From a virus, in the IMG/VR virus record IMGVR_UViG_3300027749_000049, positions 32,001 through 96,000 of that record: 64,000 bases of DNA, one strand, 5' to 3'. Positions 10,214 to 20,154 of the stretch are shown here, one piece after another (within the stretch, counting starts at the first letter, position 1; each line of letters begins with the position of its first letter). A model generated the notes under the pieces. It ran no database searches and was not told the origin of the DNA. It saw only the letters and a program-made list of their open reading frames with translations. The position numbers were made by a program, and so were the translations under genes.

Positions 10214-10633
10214 ATGGCATTTGAATTAACAGGGGTAATTATCGAAATATTCCCAGCACAGACATTTAACAAAGGCTTTCGCAAAAGAGAGTTTGTAATT
10301 GAATCAGGGGACAAGTACCCACAAAAAATAATATTTGGACTAGTCCAAGATAAATGCGATATGATTGACTCATATGGCGTTGGAGACACAGTGTCTATTT
10401 CATTTGATGTAAAAGGCCGAGATTGGACAGATAAGTCTGGTCAAACCAAATACTTCAATAGTCTTGAGGCTTACCGAATTAGTGGTCAACAGCGTGCATC
10501 CACTAAAAGTAAAAAAGTTGAAGAAGAGGACGAAGACGATGAAATCTTCCGCAGTCTTGGAATTGACACTGGTCCTAAAAAATCATCAGCACCAGCTAGT
10601 TCATTTAGTGATGATAGTGATTTACCATTTTAA
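10214..10633 (+). CDS. DUF3127-family OB-fold / SSB-like protein
   Basis: GFRKREFVIE...YPQ...FDVKGRDW...YFNSLEAY and an acidic tail ending DLPF. Confidence 0.8.
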   Translation: MAFELTGVIIEIFPAQTFNKGFRKREFVIESGDKYPQKIIFGLVQDKCDMIDSYGVGDTVSISFDVKGRDWTDKSGQTKYFNSLEAYRISGQQRASTKSKKVEEEDEDDEIFRSLGIDTGPKKSSAPASSFSDDSDLPF

Positions 10634-10642
10634 TCTATAAAT

Positions 10643-11269
10643 ATGAAATATATCTCAATCGATATCGAAACAACTGGTCTAAATCCAGAGTCTTGTCAAA
10701 TTCTTCAAATTGGTGCAGTGATTGAAGACACTCAAAATTTGCTACCATACGATCAACTGCCTAAATTTCAGTGTATCATTGAACATGAAGCTTATGTTGG
10801 AAGTGCATTTGCGCTTTCCTTAAATTCATGGATCCTAAAAATCTTAGGTGGTCTTGAAAATAAAACCAAGGAAGAACGTTTGGAATACCGAAAGGTCCAT
10901 AATATTTTACCTGCCGGCTTGGTTGCAAAATCTTTTCAAATGTGGTTAATCACAAATGGGTTTCCATGTGAAGCAACCGGTGGTGTAAAGATTAATGCTG
11001 CTGGTAAAAACTTTGCAAGTTTTGATAAAGTATTTCTACAAAAACTTCCAAATTGGATGAGCTCAATTCAAATGAGACAGCGTATCCTGGACCCAGCTAT
11101 TCTATTAATGGACTGGCACAATGATGAAAGTTTACCGAATTTACAAACATGTATGAATCGATGTAAATTAACAGGTGAAGTAACCCATGATGCTCTGCAA
11201 GATGCATTAGATGTGGTTAGAGTCATCCGAACTGTAACAAATGAGTACTTATTTTTAGGCCAACTTTAA
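10643..11269 (+). CDS. DEDDh 3'-5' exonuclease
   Basis: IDIETTG, NFASFD and HDALQDA motifs. Confidence 0.88.
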   Translation: MKYISIDIETTGLNPESCQILQIGAVIEDTQNLLPYDQLPKFQCIIEHEAYVGSAFALSLNSWILKILGGLENKTKEERLEYRKVHNILPAGLVAKSFQMWLITNGFPCEATGGVKINAAGKNFASFDKVFLQKLPNWMSSIQMRQRILDPAILLMDWHNDESLPNLQTCMNRCKLTGEVTHDALQDALDVVRVIRTVTNEYLFLGQL

Positions 11270-11278
11270 TTAATTAGG

Positions 11279-11557
11279 ATGAATATTTTAAAACTAAAAG
11301 AGTTTTTATTGCTATTTGCAATTCAGCTTTTACTTTATGGAATTCTGTGTATAAATTTTAGAGCAGTTGCTGAAACTCAATATCACTTAGCAGCAGTTAG
11401 CGATTTTACAATAGCTTCACTAAATTTTTTCGTAATCCGAAAAATTGCAAAGAGCGAAGATTCACTACACCAATGGTTTGGTTATGTTGCAGGTTCAGTA
11501 GCCGGGTCCTATTTAGGAATTTGGTTATCGGTTCAACTAGCCAATACAATTTTGTAG
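11279..11557 (+). CDS. Small membrane protein
   Basis: Three hydrophobic segments; GYVAGSVAGSYLGI. Confidence 0.65.
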   Translation: MNILKLKEFLLLFAIQLLLYGILCINFRAVAETQYHLAAVSDFTIASLNFFVIRKIAKSEDSLHQWFGYVAGSVAGSYLGIWLSVQLANTIL

Positions 11558-11569
11558 TATAATAACTAC

Positions 11570-12544
11570 ATGAAAGATACTAATGTCCGTTTGGGTTATT
11601 GTTGCATTAATTTGTCTCTAGCCGACCAAAAAATTACAGCTAACCGAGGTATGATCCGTAAAACTTTTCAGGAAAAGGGTGTTTCATATTGTGCCGAGCT
11701 TGCGCATCAAAATATAAAAGATGTTCTAAAAATTCTGGAATGGAATTTGGCCAATGGCATTTACGTATACCGAATGTCAAGTGATATTTTTCCATGGATG
11801 TCAGAATACGAAATTCAAAGGCTGCCAAATTTTCCAGAAATTTTATCAGACATGCAGGAGATTGGCAAGTTTGCAGTTGCAAATAATATCAGGGTATCAA
11901 TGCACCCAGGCCAGTTTGATGTCTTGCCTTCTCCAAGAGCCGATGTTGTTGCAAAAACAGTAAAAGATCTGGATCAGCACTGCGAAATTATGGATCTTAT
12001 GAAGTTGCCAACAAATGTAGGGTTTCCAATCAATATTCATATTGGCGGTACCTATGGCGATAAAATTGCAGCTGCTAAACGTTTTTGCGAGAATTTTCAA
12101 CTACTTAAACCAAATACCAAAGCCAGGCTGGTTGTAGAAAATGACGATAAGGCTACTCAATATTCAGTAGTAGATCTTTATCAACTCGTATACCTTGAAA
12201 TAGGTACTCCTATTACTTTTGATTTTCATCATCACAGGTTCAATACTAGTGATCTTACCGAAGAGGCTGCACTTAAGCTGGCCGCTACCACTTGGCACGG
12301 CCATACTCCGCTTACTCATTATTCAAGTAGCAAAAAAACATTTGAGGATCCGGGCGTAATTGCCAGATCTCATGCTGATTACATTTATGAGCAAATAAAT
12401 AATTACAGTCAGGCAATAGATATTGAAATTGAGGCAAAGGCCAAAGACTTAGCTGTACTTAAGTATCGTGAAGGTTTTAATTCTTTGCTTGAAAACTATT
12501 TAGAGTTTGACGATAAGAGACTATTTGAAAAAATTGAAGCATAA
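11570..12544 (+). CDS. uvsE: UV damage endonuclease
   Basis: RLGYCCIN, YRMSS, SMHPGQF, VENDD, FDFHHH, HADYI and EAKAKD motifs. Confidence 0.93.
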   Translation: MKDTNVRLGYCCINLSLADQKITANRGMIRKTFQEKGVSYCAELAHQNIKDVLKILEWNLANGIYVYRMSSDIFPWMSEYEIQRLPNFPEILSDMQEIGKFAVANNIRVSMHPGQFDVLPSPRADVVAKTVKDLDQHCEIMDLMKLPTNVGFPINIHIGGTYGDKIAAAKRFCENFQLLKPNTKARLVVENDDKATQYSVVDLYQLVYLEIGTPITFDFHHHRFNTSDLTEEAALKLAATTWHGHTPLTHYSSSKKTFEDPGVIARSHADYIYEQINNYSQAIDIEIEAKAKDLAVLKYREGFNSLLENYLEFDDKRLFEKIEA

Positions 12545-12804
12545 TGGCTGAAGAAACAACTAAAGATTGCGGTTGCGGTAATAAACAACCAGTTCCACAA
12601 ACTACCGTACTCAGTAGAATCATGAATAAAGTATTTGTGAATGATGCAGAAAAAGACCGTCGAATGGCAATTTGCAAAGAGTGTCCACACTTTGGAGAGA
12701 TCCTAACCCAGTGCGGCATATGCGGCTGTTTCTTAGAGGCAAAAACCAGACTTGTTGGATTTCATTGCGCACTAGATCAAATTGGCGAGGAACCTAAGTG
12801 GTAA
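12544..12804 (+). CDS. Cys-rich metal-binding protein (DUF6171-like)
   Basis: RMAICKECP...CGICGCFLEAKTR...C...KW. Confidence 0.65.
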   Translation: MAEETTKDCGCGNKQPVPQTTVLSRIMNKVFVNDAEKDRRMAICKECPHFGEILTQCGICGCFLEAKTRLVGFHCALDQIGEEPKW

Positions 12805-12880
12805 TAAATAAATTTGAAATTTTAGAAATTTCCTGGCGATCTTAAATTAGTGAGCTTGAAAAAAGAGACACATATGGACA

Positions 12881-13105
12881 GTGACAGTCAAAACTCAAAG
12901 AAGAACCCTACTCGGGAATCTATCCACTTGGAGCATGATGCTCGCACTATTTTTCAACCCATTTGGCTTCGATATTGTCCAATTTTGGCTAATCGAAGCG
13001 ACTGGCAGCTTGTGGCGAGCCAATTTCGTTATGTACTGTATTGCGGCAGTTTTCTTTGGATCCTCTATTTACTTTCGTTGGCGTTATAAAAAACTATCTG
13101 TATGA
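12881..13105 (+). CDS. Small membrane protein (start uncertain)
   Basis: Two hydrophobic helices flanking FFNPFGFD. Confidence 0.55.
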   Translation: MTVKTQRRTLLGNLSTWSMMLALFFNPFGFDIVQFWLIEATGSLWRANFVMYCIAAVFFGSSIYFRWRYKKLSV

Positions 13106-13329
13106 GAGACTGTTTATCCCTAATCAATACGACCCTAACCAAAGATGGAATTATGCATCAAATAAAAGACCTTAGCGTTAGTTGCCTAAATCATACCTAT
13201 ATTACAGTCCAGTGCAGTCAAACCGGCTGTAGAATCAACTATAAGTTCACAGATTTTCAGTCCTTCTTAAACGACAATGGATTCTCATTAAGAGAATCCA
13301 TTGCTAAAGAATATCAATTTAAGGATTAG
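13102..13329 (+). CDS. Hypothetical protein
   Basis: ATGA overlap with the upstream ORF. Confidence 0.5.
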   Translation: MRDCLSLINTTLTKDGIMHQIKDLSVSCLNHTYITVQCSQTGCRINYKFTDFQSFLNDNGFSLRESIAKEYQFKD

Positions 13330-14408
13330 ATTCCGTATATTGCAGAAATTGCAGCATAGTTTGAATTTGAAATTGCATTGACTGCCCCGGTTGCTGTTGC
13401 TTGGTCATAATACCCATAAGCTTTAAATCCATAAACTCTGGTAGTGGTTGCATGGGTTGGAGAAACAACAGATTCGCATAGCGTAAGATCTGGAATTGTT
13501 GAACTCGCTAGAGAACCTGTACCAGATAGCACACCGCCGCCAGCATTGTGACCGTTTATATAAAGAGTGGCTTGGCCTGGATCATCGAATCCAGTTGGAA
13601 TATGTGCAGCAATATGAAATATACCAGTGGTAACTAGAGCACCTGCCCAGCTAATAGTAAAGCCTCCAGATTTCATAATAATGTTTCCGCTACTGGCGAT
13701 AATTGAAATACTATCAGTATGAGTACCTACTAAATAATTTTCGGTTCCATCTTGATAAAATACTCCTTCTACCGCTAACGATTCATTAAATGAACCACCT
13801 GCAGCATTTTTAAAAGCACCTAGCCTTAAACTACCGTTGCTAACTGATCTAAAATAACCTACAAAACTTCCAGCTGCTGGAGCTGTAAATGCACCATCGG
13901 TTGCCCTAAAAATATTTTGTGAACCTCCAGCAACTAAATCATAAACATATGAGTCTGTTCCTGGGTAACTTGCTAAGAATCCTAATTCAAGATTTACTGC
14001 GCATTCAGTATCTAGTAAATATTCAGGATAGTGTGTGTTAACCAACATGTATTTACCAGTACCAATTAGCCAGGCAATTGCGGTTGCATAATCTGCAAAT
14101 AATTCGTAATTATTTGCTGATCTTTCAGGTAAACGACTAATTAATTCAATAATATCTGGTTGAGATTGACCACTAATCCAGTGAATTGATGGTTTTGCTG
14201 CTGTTTGAGTATCAACTCCGCGGCTGTAAGTGTCTGTATAAATTACAGTGTTGGTTGATGGGTTAATACCCGCTCTCCAATTATTATTGGTTAGAGTAGT
14301 GTAGTCTTTTTTAACGGTCCCTAATGAAACTGGGCCGAAATTAACGGAATCCCTGTTTGGTTTAGATAACCCGTTGTAACATACTGGGTTAATGTAATTT
14401 ACTGCCAT
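13326..14408 (-). CDS. Putative virion protein with beta-sandwich (LamG/concanavalin-like) region
   Basis: SYPGT..VYDL and FHIAA...LYING patterns; late-type promoter on the minus strand at 14431-14438. Confidence 0.5.
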   Translation of the reverse strand: MAVNYINPVCYNGLSKPNRDSVNFGPVSLGTVKKDYTTLTNNNWRAGINPSTNTVIYTDTYSRGVDTQTAAKPSIHWISGQSQPDIIELISRLPERSANNYELFADYATAIAWLIGTGKYMLVNTHYPEYLLDTECAVNLELGFLASYPGTDSYVYDLVAGGSQNIFRATDGAFTAPAAGSFVGYFRSVSNGSLRLGAFKNAAGGSFNESLAVEGVFYQDGTENYLVGTHTDSISIIASSGNIIMKSGGFTISWAGALVTTGIFHIAAHIPTGFDDPGQATLYINGHNAGGGVLSGTGSLASSTIPDLTLCESVVSPTHATTTRVYGFKAYGYYDQATATGAVNAISNSNYAAISAIYGI

Positions 14409-14523
14409 AATGTATAAAAATTATTTTAAGTTATTTATTTAGCCAAATTTTAGATTTTTTGAAAACCTTTTTTGCTAACCATGATATAATAAATAGACTT
14501 TACAATAATCGTTCTTTAATTTA

Positions 14524-14925
14524 CGTTGGAAAAACCTGATAGGAAGTCATGAGCCTTTCAGGAGTATGTGCCAGAACAACCTGATTGTAAAACAGGTAAT
14601 GGTTTAGATTAGGAGGATGCTCCGCAAGTATTGGCTGAACGGTCAACTTGAACCAGTTAACCGCTGGAGTCTAAGGTTTTGATATCCATATATGGTATTT
14701 TGCAATCGGCATACGGGTATAAAATAGTCCCGTTAAATGGCTGAATAATCCTTTGCTAGGTGGGATAAAGCACTCGTACTGTTGTGGTTAACACGATAGT
14801 GATTCAAGCGGATCCAACTTGCTTTGAGTCGACTCTGACAGGAGTGTACGAAGGTTGTCGTTATAACGCAAGCTCAGCATCAAATTGGAGGTAAACCCTA
14901 CCCCTCTCATACGTTTTTTCCGACG
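14524..14925 (+). ncRNA. Large structured non-coding RNA, family not recognised
   Basis: No long ORF; ends pair (CGTTGGAAAAA 14524-34 / TTTTTCCGACG 14915-25); many internal hairpins with G-U pairs on the + strand; TATAAT upstream and terminator downstream. Confidence 0.75.
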
Positions 14926-14930
14926 ATACC

Positions 14931-14963
14931 AAGGCTAGCCGTAAAAAAGCTAGCCTTTTTTTT
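14931..14963 (+). terminator. Intrinsic terminator of the ncRNA
   Basis: AAGGCTAGC-loop-GCTAGCCTTTTTTTT. Confidence 0.85.
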
Positions 14964-14988
14964 GTTTACAGAGTATAATAATATTATT

Positions 14989-15213
14989 ATGGGATTTAAC
15001 AAATTTTTTGTACCTGAACCAGCCGAAGTTGCTAGACAGGTAAAATTAAACGGGCCGACTCAATTTATTAATCGTAAAATTGATGCAATAATCGGTAATT
15101 CAACTAGTATTGATATAATGGATCATATTTATGAAAGGTCACAAACTGGCCAAACTGATGATCAGATCCTAAAAAGTCTAGTCAAAAAATTTCCGGTGTA
15201 TTTTAATGCCTAG
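14989..15213 (+). CDS. Hypothetical protein
   Basis: ATG 14989 after a GAGTATAAT promoter. Confidence 0.6.
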   Translation: MGFNKFFVPEPAEVARQVKLNGPTQFINRKIDAIIGNSTSIDIMDHIYERSQTGQTDDQILKSLVKKFPVYFNA

Positions 15214-15496
15214 TCCAGCCAGAGCAAAAGAGGTTTGTTTACTAACGGTTGTCACTGGAGAAGCCCAAACTCATCTATGCGTTATTGGTACCTTTAGGGG
15301 AGCCTATAAACTTGCACTATTTGAGGCAGCTATTTCTTTTCCAAATTTAACAGAGCGTGCAGCTCAGACCCTAATGAATCAAACAGGCGCAGTTAAACTT
15401 TGGGATACCAAAAAGTTTGCATATGAAGAAGAGGCCAGGTGGTCGCCAGTTGGAAAGATAATTTCAGTCTGTAAAGTTCCAGTAAAACACACATAA
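15206..15496 (+). CDS. Hypothetical protein
   Basis: Overlaps the upstream stop; followed by a terminator. Confidence 0.5.
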   Translation: MPSPARAKEVCLLTVVTGEAQTHLCVIGTFRGAYKLALFEAAISFPNLTERAAQTLMNQTGAVKLWDTKKFAYEEEARWSPVGKIISVCKVPVKHT

Positions 15497-15523
15497 AAAA
15501 AGAGAGCAGTTGCTCTCTTTTTT
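15495..15523. terminator. Bidirectional intrinsic terminator
   Basis: A-run, GAGAGCA-GT-TGCTCTC, T-run, between convergent genes. Confidence 0.75.
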
Positions 15524-15540
15524 ATTTAAGTAAGTTAGGG

Positions 15541-15738
15541 TTATTCAATTAGGCCTAGAATCCTTGATTCTTGAACTGCTTCTAATTGACATGGCGAAAT
15601 TCCTTCACCAAATCTTTTTAATAATTTTTCTTCGGCTTCTCCGATTGAAGTTGCTTCAACCAAGTACTGTTCACGAATTTTTTTCGTTTTGCCGTTGTCG
15701 TCTTCCGACTCAAATCTTAATTTTGCTAGATAATACAT
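15541..15738 (-). CDS. DUF4494-family protein
   Basis: YLAKLRFE..DDNGKTKKIREQYLVEATSIGEAE matches the Bacteroidota DUF4494 pattern. Confidence 0.75.
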   Translation of the reverse strand: MYYLAKLRFESEDDNGKTKKIREQYLVEATSIGEAEEKLLKRFGEGISPCQLEAVQESRILGLIE

Positions 15739-15774
15739 ATTGCTTTTAAATTTATGTTATGTTATACTAGTAAA

Positions 15775-16341
15775 TTATCGAGTAGTTTTACGAGGTCTTA
15801 AAGATTGAGGCTTTTTACCAGTTTCAAGATTTGAATCTTTTGCGGAAACCGTTAACACTCCATTATCTGGAATATTATTGGTCTTTGCAAATATCTTTTT
15901 CTTATTCATAGACTCTTCAGTTTTCTGTGCAGATTTTAAAGCGCCTGGAGCTGGATAACCTTTTTCTCCTGGCTTTGCAGGTTTTTCTCCACGCTTTCTT
16001 TTTGCATTAATATTATCCCATAAACCTTTTTTCTTTTCGGAAATTTCTAGGCTTGCTAATAGTGCATCAGACTCGTCTGCAAAACTTTGAGCAATATCTT
16101 CTCCAAATTCGTCATAAATTTTTGTAATAAGATCATTTTGTAAATCTTTAATTCGGCTTGCCGTTTCATACTTATTGGAGTGTTGATCAATTTCAACTGG
16201 CTCATTTGTATAGTTACTAGCTAATTCAATTAGATCTTTTGAAATATTATGGTAAAAAGAATCCGATTTTGTATTTGGTGCTTGGTGGAATTCATCGTAA
16301 CTCTCTTCAAAGCTTTCAAATAGTGCAATGTAATTTTTCAT
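15775..16341 (-). CDS. Putative packaged protein with basic GLWDNINAKRKRG motif
   Basis: N-terminus MKNYIALFESFEE; late-type promoter at 16367-16374 on the minus strand. Confidence 0.6.
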   Translation of the reverse strand: MKNYIALFESFEESYDEFHQAPNTKSDSFYHNISKDLIELASNYTNEPVEIDQHSNKYETASRIKDLQNDLITKIYDEFGEDIAQSFADESDALLASLEISEKKKGLWDNINAKRKRGEKPAKPGEKGYPAPGALKSAQKTEESMNKKKIFAKTNNIPDNGVLTVSAKDSNLETGKKPQSLRPRKTTR

Positions 16342-16463
16342 TTGTTTTTGGTATAATTTTATAAACTTATTTATCTAATGCCGGAAGTAGTAGTTAGAGA
16401 AGAAACACCAGACGGCCGAACCACACATTGGGTTCCAAGTCTACAATCATAGTATAATAAAAT

Positions 16464-16817
16464 ATGAAAGATATTATTGACTTGGGCAATCTAGTATTTA
16501 ATCAGCTAGTAAAATCACATGGGGAACTTGAAGAGTCTAGGACCCTGTTTCTTTATGGAATCACAGTTGGTTCAGATTGGCAAGTATTGGGTTCAGTAAA
16601 GGTCGTAATAATTGACCAAACTGGAGTATCAATTAATTTTGAAGATCAGATAATTACTGATGTAAACAGTCAATGGAAACAAATAATTACAAATCGCCAA
16701 GGAGTTAAAGCAGCCGCTGAGCTTTCAAAAATAAAATCAAATACTAAACAATTTAAGGACGGGGAAACCTATGAATTTTGGCAAAATGAAGGTCCTTGGA
16801 GAGAAATAAATTTTTAA
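16464..16817 (+). CDS. Hypothetical protein
   Basis: Follows an AGTATAAT promoter. Confidence 0.6.
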   Translation: MKDIIDLGNLVFNQLVKSHGELEESRTLFLYGITVGSDWQVLGSVKVVIIDQTGVSINFEDQIITDVNSQWKQIITNRQGVKAAAELSKIKSNTKQFKDGETYEFWQNEGPWREINF

Positions 16818-16821
16818 AAAT

Positions 16822-17055
16822 ATGAAAAGACTTGGATTAATTAATAGTGGAGCACTTTCGTATAATCATCGAATTTATTGGGAAACTCAATTATTCGCTA
16901 GAGTCAGAAAGTGGTCAGATGGTATTACCATTTTTAAATTTGATATAAACTGGGATCGTTATGTTAGTGATCATACCCCGGCATTTCAAATAGAGCTAAC
17001 AATTTTAAACATATATAATCAAATACACATACACCAAAATAATTATGAAGAATAA
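16822..17055 (+). CDS. Hypothetical protein
   Basis: ORF in operon. Confidence 0.55.
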   Translation: MKRLGLINSGALSYNHRIYWETQLFARVRKWSDGITIFKFDINWDRYVSDHTPAFQIELTILNIYNQIHIHQNNYEE

Positions 17056-17155
17056 AATAGAAAAAATAGCCACACATTTACTGCTAATATTGGGAATCTT
17101 ATTATTTTTTAGTATACCATTTTTAGTATGGTCAATTTAAAAAAAAAATAAAAAT

Positions 17156-17452
17156 ATGAAAAAACTATTATTAATTATAATGTTAATATTAACATTAACC
17201 ACATTTTCGCAGAATTATACAGATTCGGTTTCTTGTAGACAAACAATAAGTATGTATAAGAGAATAGAATCTAAACTACAATCTAGCATAACTGCCCAGG
17301 GTAATACGTTAAAAACAAAAAATTTAGAAATAGGTTTATTAAATGAGACTATTATTAAAAACAATAAACGGATTAAAAAGCAAAAGATATACAAATGGTT
17401 GTCAATTTTAGGTAATGTTGGGCTAGTTTGGTATATTATAAAAACCAATTAA
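17156..17452 (+). CDS. Exported/membrane protein (signal peptide, coiled coil, C-terminal TM)
   Basis: MKKLLLIIMLILTLTTFSQ signal and a hydrophobic C-terminus. Confidence 0.6.
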   Translation: MKKLLLIIMLILTLTTFSQNYTDSVSCRQTISMYKRIESKLQSSITAQGNTLKTKNLEIGLLNETIIKNNKRIKKQKIYKWLSILGNVGLVWYIIKTN

Positions 17453-17453
17453 T

Positions 17454-18014
17454 ATGAAAAGCAAAGAAGACATAGAACAGTTAGCTAAAACTGAATATCC
17501 AATTAAAATAGGGGGTTCAATGTGGATGCCTAATACTAATGATATTAAAAAATCTAATAAACAAGAAGGTTATATCAAAGGCTACACTCAATGCCAAGAA
17601 GATATGATAAAAGAAGAACTTAAAGATTGGGATGTAACGTTAAATGATGGTTTAGAAGATGAACCATATGTTTCAGATGACTTTCAAATTGGTCCAGATG
17701 GAGCATATGAGCATACCGAAGATATGACACCAAAAGAAAAAGCAAAAGATGAATTAATCAAAGTATTATACTCTCAAGTAATAGATTTAACCATGATGTC
17801 CAAAATAGAATTAGGTGATGCTGTAATTGCTGAAATTAAAAGATTGCAAGATATTATTGATAAGCCAAATACAAAAGAAGAGTTAGACTTATGGTGTAAC
17901 TATAGTAATATGCTTTCGCCAATGGCTTACATTGAATGTGAATACTGTGGTGAATTAAAAAGCGTGTGTGAGTGCATACACGAAGAAAAAATTAAACAAC
18001 AAACAGAAATATGA
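17454..18014 (+). CDS. Hypothetical mosaic protein
   Basis: 186 aa; short modules (PYVSDDFQIGPDGAYEH, MTPKEKA) and a C-terminal CxxC. Confidence 0.6.
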   Translation: MKSKEDIEQLAKTEYPIKIGGSMWMPNTNDIKKSNKQEGYIKGYTQCQEDMIKEELKDWDVTLNDGLEDEPYVSDDFQIGPDGAYEHTEDMTPKEKAKDELIKVLYSQVIDLTMMSKIELGDAVIAEIKRLQDIIDKPNTKEELDLWCNYSNMLSPMAYIECEYCGELKSVCECIHEEKIKQQTEI

Positions 18015-18316
18015 AAAGACTAATAATATTAGCAATAGCAATCTCTGCAACTACGCTGAGCTGCAAAACAGATAAACACACATTGACAAACAAAGAAGAA
18101 CTTGAATGGTCAACTAAAGGTGATACAATATTACGTAACAATAAACCAGTTGCTGTATACAATCATTTAGAATATGAACTGTATAATGGCAAAGCAACTA
18201 TTGAAATATCAATAGATCAGATTGACCGCTCTCCGGAAAACACAATTCCTTTAATTAAATATGTTCACCTTAAACATAAGAAAAACAAGGTAGAAATTGT
18301 AGTACAAAATAAATAA
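18011..18316 (+). CDS. Putative lipoprotein
   Basis: Signal peptide with lipobox TLSC. Confidence 0.6.
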   Translation: MKRLIILAIAISATTLSCKTDKHTLTNKEELEWSTKGDTILRNNKPVAVYNHLEYELYNGKATIEISIDQIDRSPENTIPLIKYVHLKHKKNKVEIVVQNK

Positions 18317-19600
18317 ATGAACAACCTCGATAACCAATATCAAAAACTCCTAACTGACATTTTAAAGAATGGTGTCTATAAGTCTGACCGAACTGGTACA
18401 GGAACTCTATCAGTATTTGGAAGACAAATCAGACATAAAATGTCAGAAGGCTTTCCTTTACTCACAACTAAGAAGATGGCATTTAAAACTATTGTAACTG
18501 AATTGTTATGGTTCTTAAAAGGTGATACTAATATCAAGTTCTTAGTTGATAACGGATGTCATATTTGGGATGGTGATGCATATAAGAATTATGAAAAGAC
18601 CGTTAAGCTATCAATTGATAAAGCTACTGACGAGGGTATACTTAAAGAGGCAACTGATTACAATATTCTAAGTAAAGAAGGATTTATTGAACGTATTAAA
18701 ACAGATGATGAGTTTGCTAAAGAGTGGGGTGATTTAGGCTTAATTTATGGTAAGCAATGGAGAAGTTGGAGCCGAAACGCAACTCGTGATGAGAAAATAG
18801 TTGACCCTGGTGTTTATACAAAACAAATAGACCAAATCGCAAACCTAATCAACGACCTTAAAACAAATCCAGACTCAAGACGATTAATGGTTAATGCTTG
18901 GAATGTAGGTGAATTAGACCAAATGGTTCTTCCTCCTTGTCATTATGGATTTCAAGTTTATACAAGAGAGTTGAGTTGGGAAGAAAGAGAAGACTATGGT
19001 TATAAGATAAATATAGATGGAATATTAACAAAAGAATGGGCTGACAAGTTACGTTTACCGACAAGAGCAATCTCTTTAATGTGGAATCAACGTTCAGTAG
19101 ATACATTCTTAGGGTTACCATTCAACATTGCATCTTATGGCTTATTGTTAGAGATCATTGCTACTGCAGTTAATATGGTTCCCGATGAATTGATTGGTAA
19201 TCTAGGTGATGTACACTTGTATTCAAATCATATTGAACAAGCAAAAGAACAGATCGGTAGAAAATATGACCATGAAGAAAGGGAGACCATGCTAAAAGAT
19301 GCAATGAGCTGGCATTTGTATAACAAAGCGGTTAACGAATTGATGCCATTTGGTGGAGGTATGTCTGAGTATTATGATGCTCACAAAATTCCTTATCGAA
19401 CAAGAGCACCTTATCCGTTACCTTCTCTAAATATCAATACTGAATTTTGGCCTAGGGAAACTGAAGACGGTCCAATAAATGCAGTCTCAGTATTTAATAA
19501 TTTCCCTGATATTTATTTTTGTAAATGTTTGTTGGAAGAAGATATTCAGTTAGCTAATTATCAATCTCACCCAACCATTAAAGCACCTTTATCTAATTAA
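18317..19600 (+). CDS. thyA: Thymidylate synthase with insertions
   Basis: DRTGTGT, FPLLTTKK, YGKQWR, LPPCH, QRSVD..LGLPFNIASY and DVHLY. Confidence 0.97.
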   Translation: MNNLDNQYQKLLTDILKNGVYKSDRTGTGTLSVFGRQIRHKMSEGFPLLTTKKMAFKTIVTELLWFLKGDTNIKFLVDNGCHIWDGDAYKNYEKTVKLSIDKATDEGILKEATDYNILSKEGFIERIKTDDEFAKEWGDLGLIYGKQWRSWSRNATRDEKIVDPGVYTKQIDQIANLINDLKTNPDSRRLMVNAWNVGELDQMVLPPCHYGFQVYTRELSWEEREDYGYKINIDGILTKEWADKLRLPTRAISLMWNQRSVDTFLGLPFNIASYGLLLEIIATAVNMVPDELIGNLGDVHLYSNHIEQAKEQIGRKYDHEERETMLKDAMSWHLYNKAVNELMPFGGGMSEYYDAHKIPYRTRAPYPLPSLNINTEFWPRETEDGPINAVSVFNNFPDIYFCKCLLEEDIQLANYQSHPTIKAPLSN

Positions 19601-19603
19601 AAT

Positions 19604-19951
19604 ATGGAAATTAGAAAAATAACCTATAAGGAAGTTGATCATGAATTCAGCGAACTTAAGCCTGATCTATTAGATGAATATGCAACCTATTATGGGTGCT
19701 TTATTAAGGATGACTTGGTTGGAGTAGTTTCATATGTTGAACACGCTGCTGTAATTTATCTTTGCCATGCATATGTTAAAGAAGAACACAGAAGTCAGGG
19801 TATCTATAAATTATTGTGGAACTATAGAGACTCTAAAATAAAAGAATCAGATAAATCTATTTATGCACATTGTAATGTTGATAGTTTAAAATATTTTATC
19901 AACAACGGATATGCAATTGAAAAGGCCCTATTTAAAGTAGTTAAATTATGA
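19604..19951 (+). CDS. GNAT acetyltransferase
   Basis: AYVKEEHRSQGIYK motif A and YFINNGY. Confidence 0.8.
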   Translation: MEIRKITYKEVDHEFSELKPDLLDEYATYYGCFIKDDLVGVVSYVEHAAVIYLCHAYVKEEHRSQGIYKLLWNYRDSKIKESDKSIYAHCNVDSLKYFINNGYAIEKALFKVVKL

Positions 19952-20154
19952 AGAAAGTATTAAGAATTGAACCGTATTGTTATAAAACATGGTCACCAGC
20001 CTTTAAGCAAATTGGCTTAATTTCCCCGTATATTACATATAATCCAGAAGGTCACTTTGTTGAACCTGGAGTTAGCTCTTGGCTATTAATAGTAAGCTTT
20101 AATATACTAATTTGGGATTTTGGATTCAGGATCTATTATGATCTTGAGTATTAA
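19948..20154 (+). CDS. Hypothetical protein
   Basis: ATGA overlap with the GNAT gene. Confidence 0.5.
   Translation: MKKVLRIEPYCYKTWSPAFKQIGLISPYITYNPEGHFVEPGVSSWLLIVSFNILIWDFGFRIYYDLEY

Noticed and set aside
14524-14925. tmRNA partner of SmpB
   Set aside because: No GGGG 5' end, T-arm or CCA-type acceptor end was seen.
18317-19600. Intein or intron in the long thyA
   Set aside because: The insertions are short and in frame, with no intein C/S...HN termini or intron structure.
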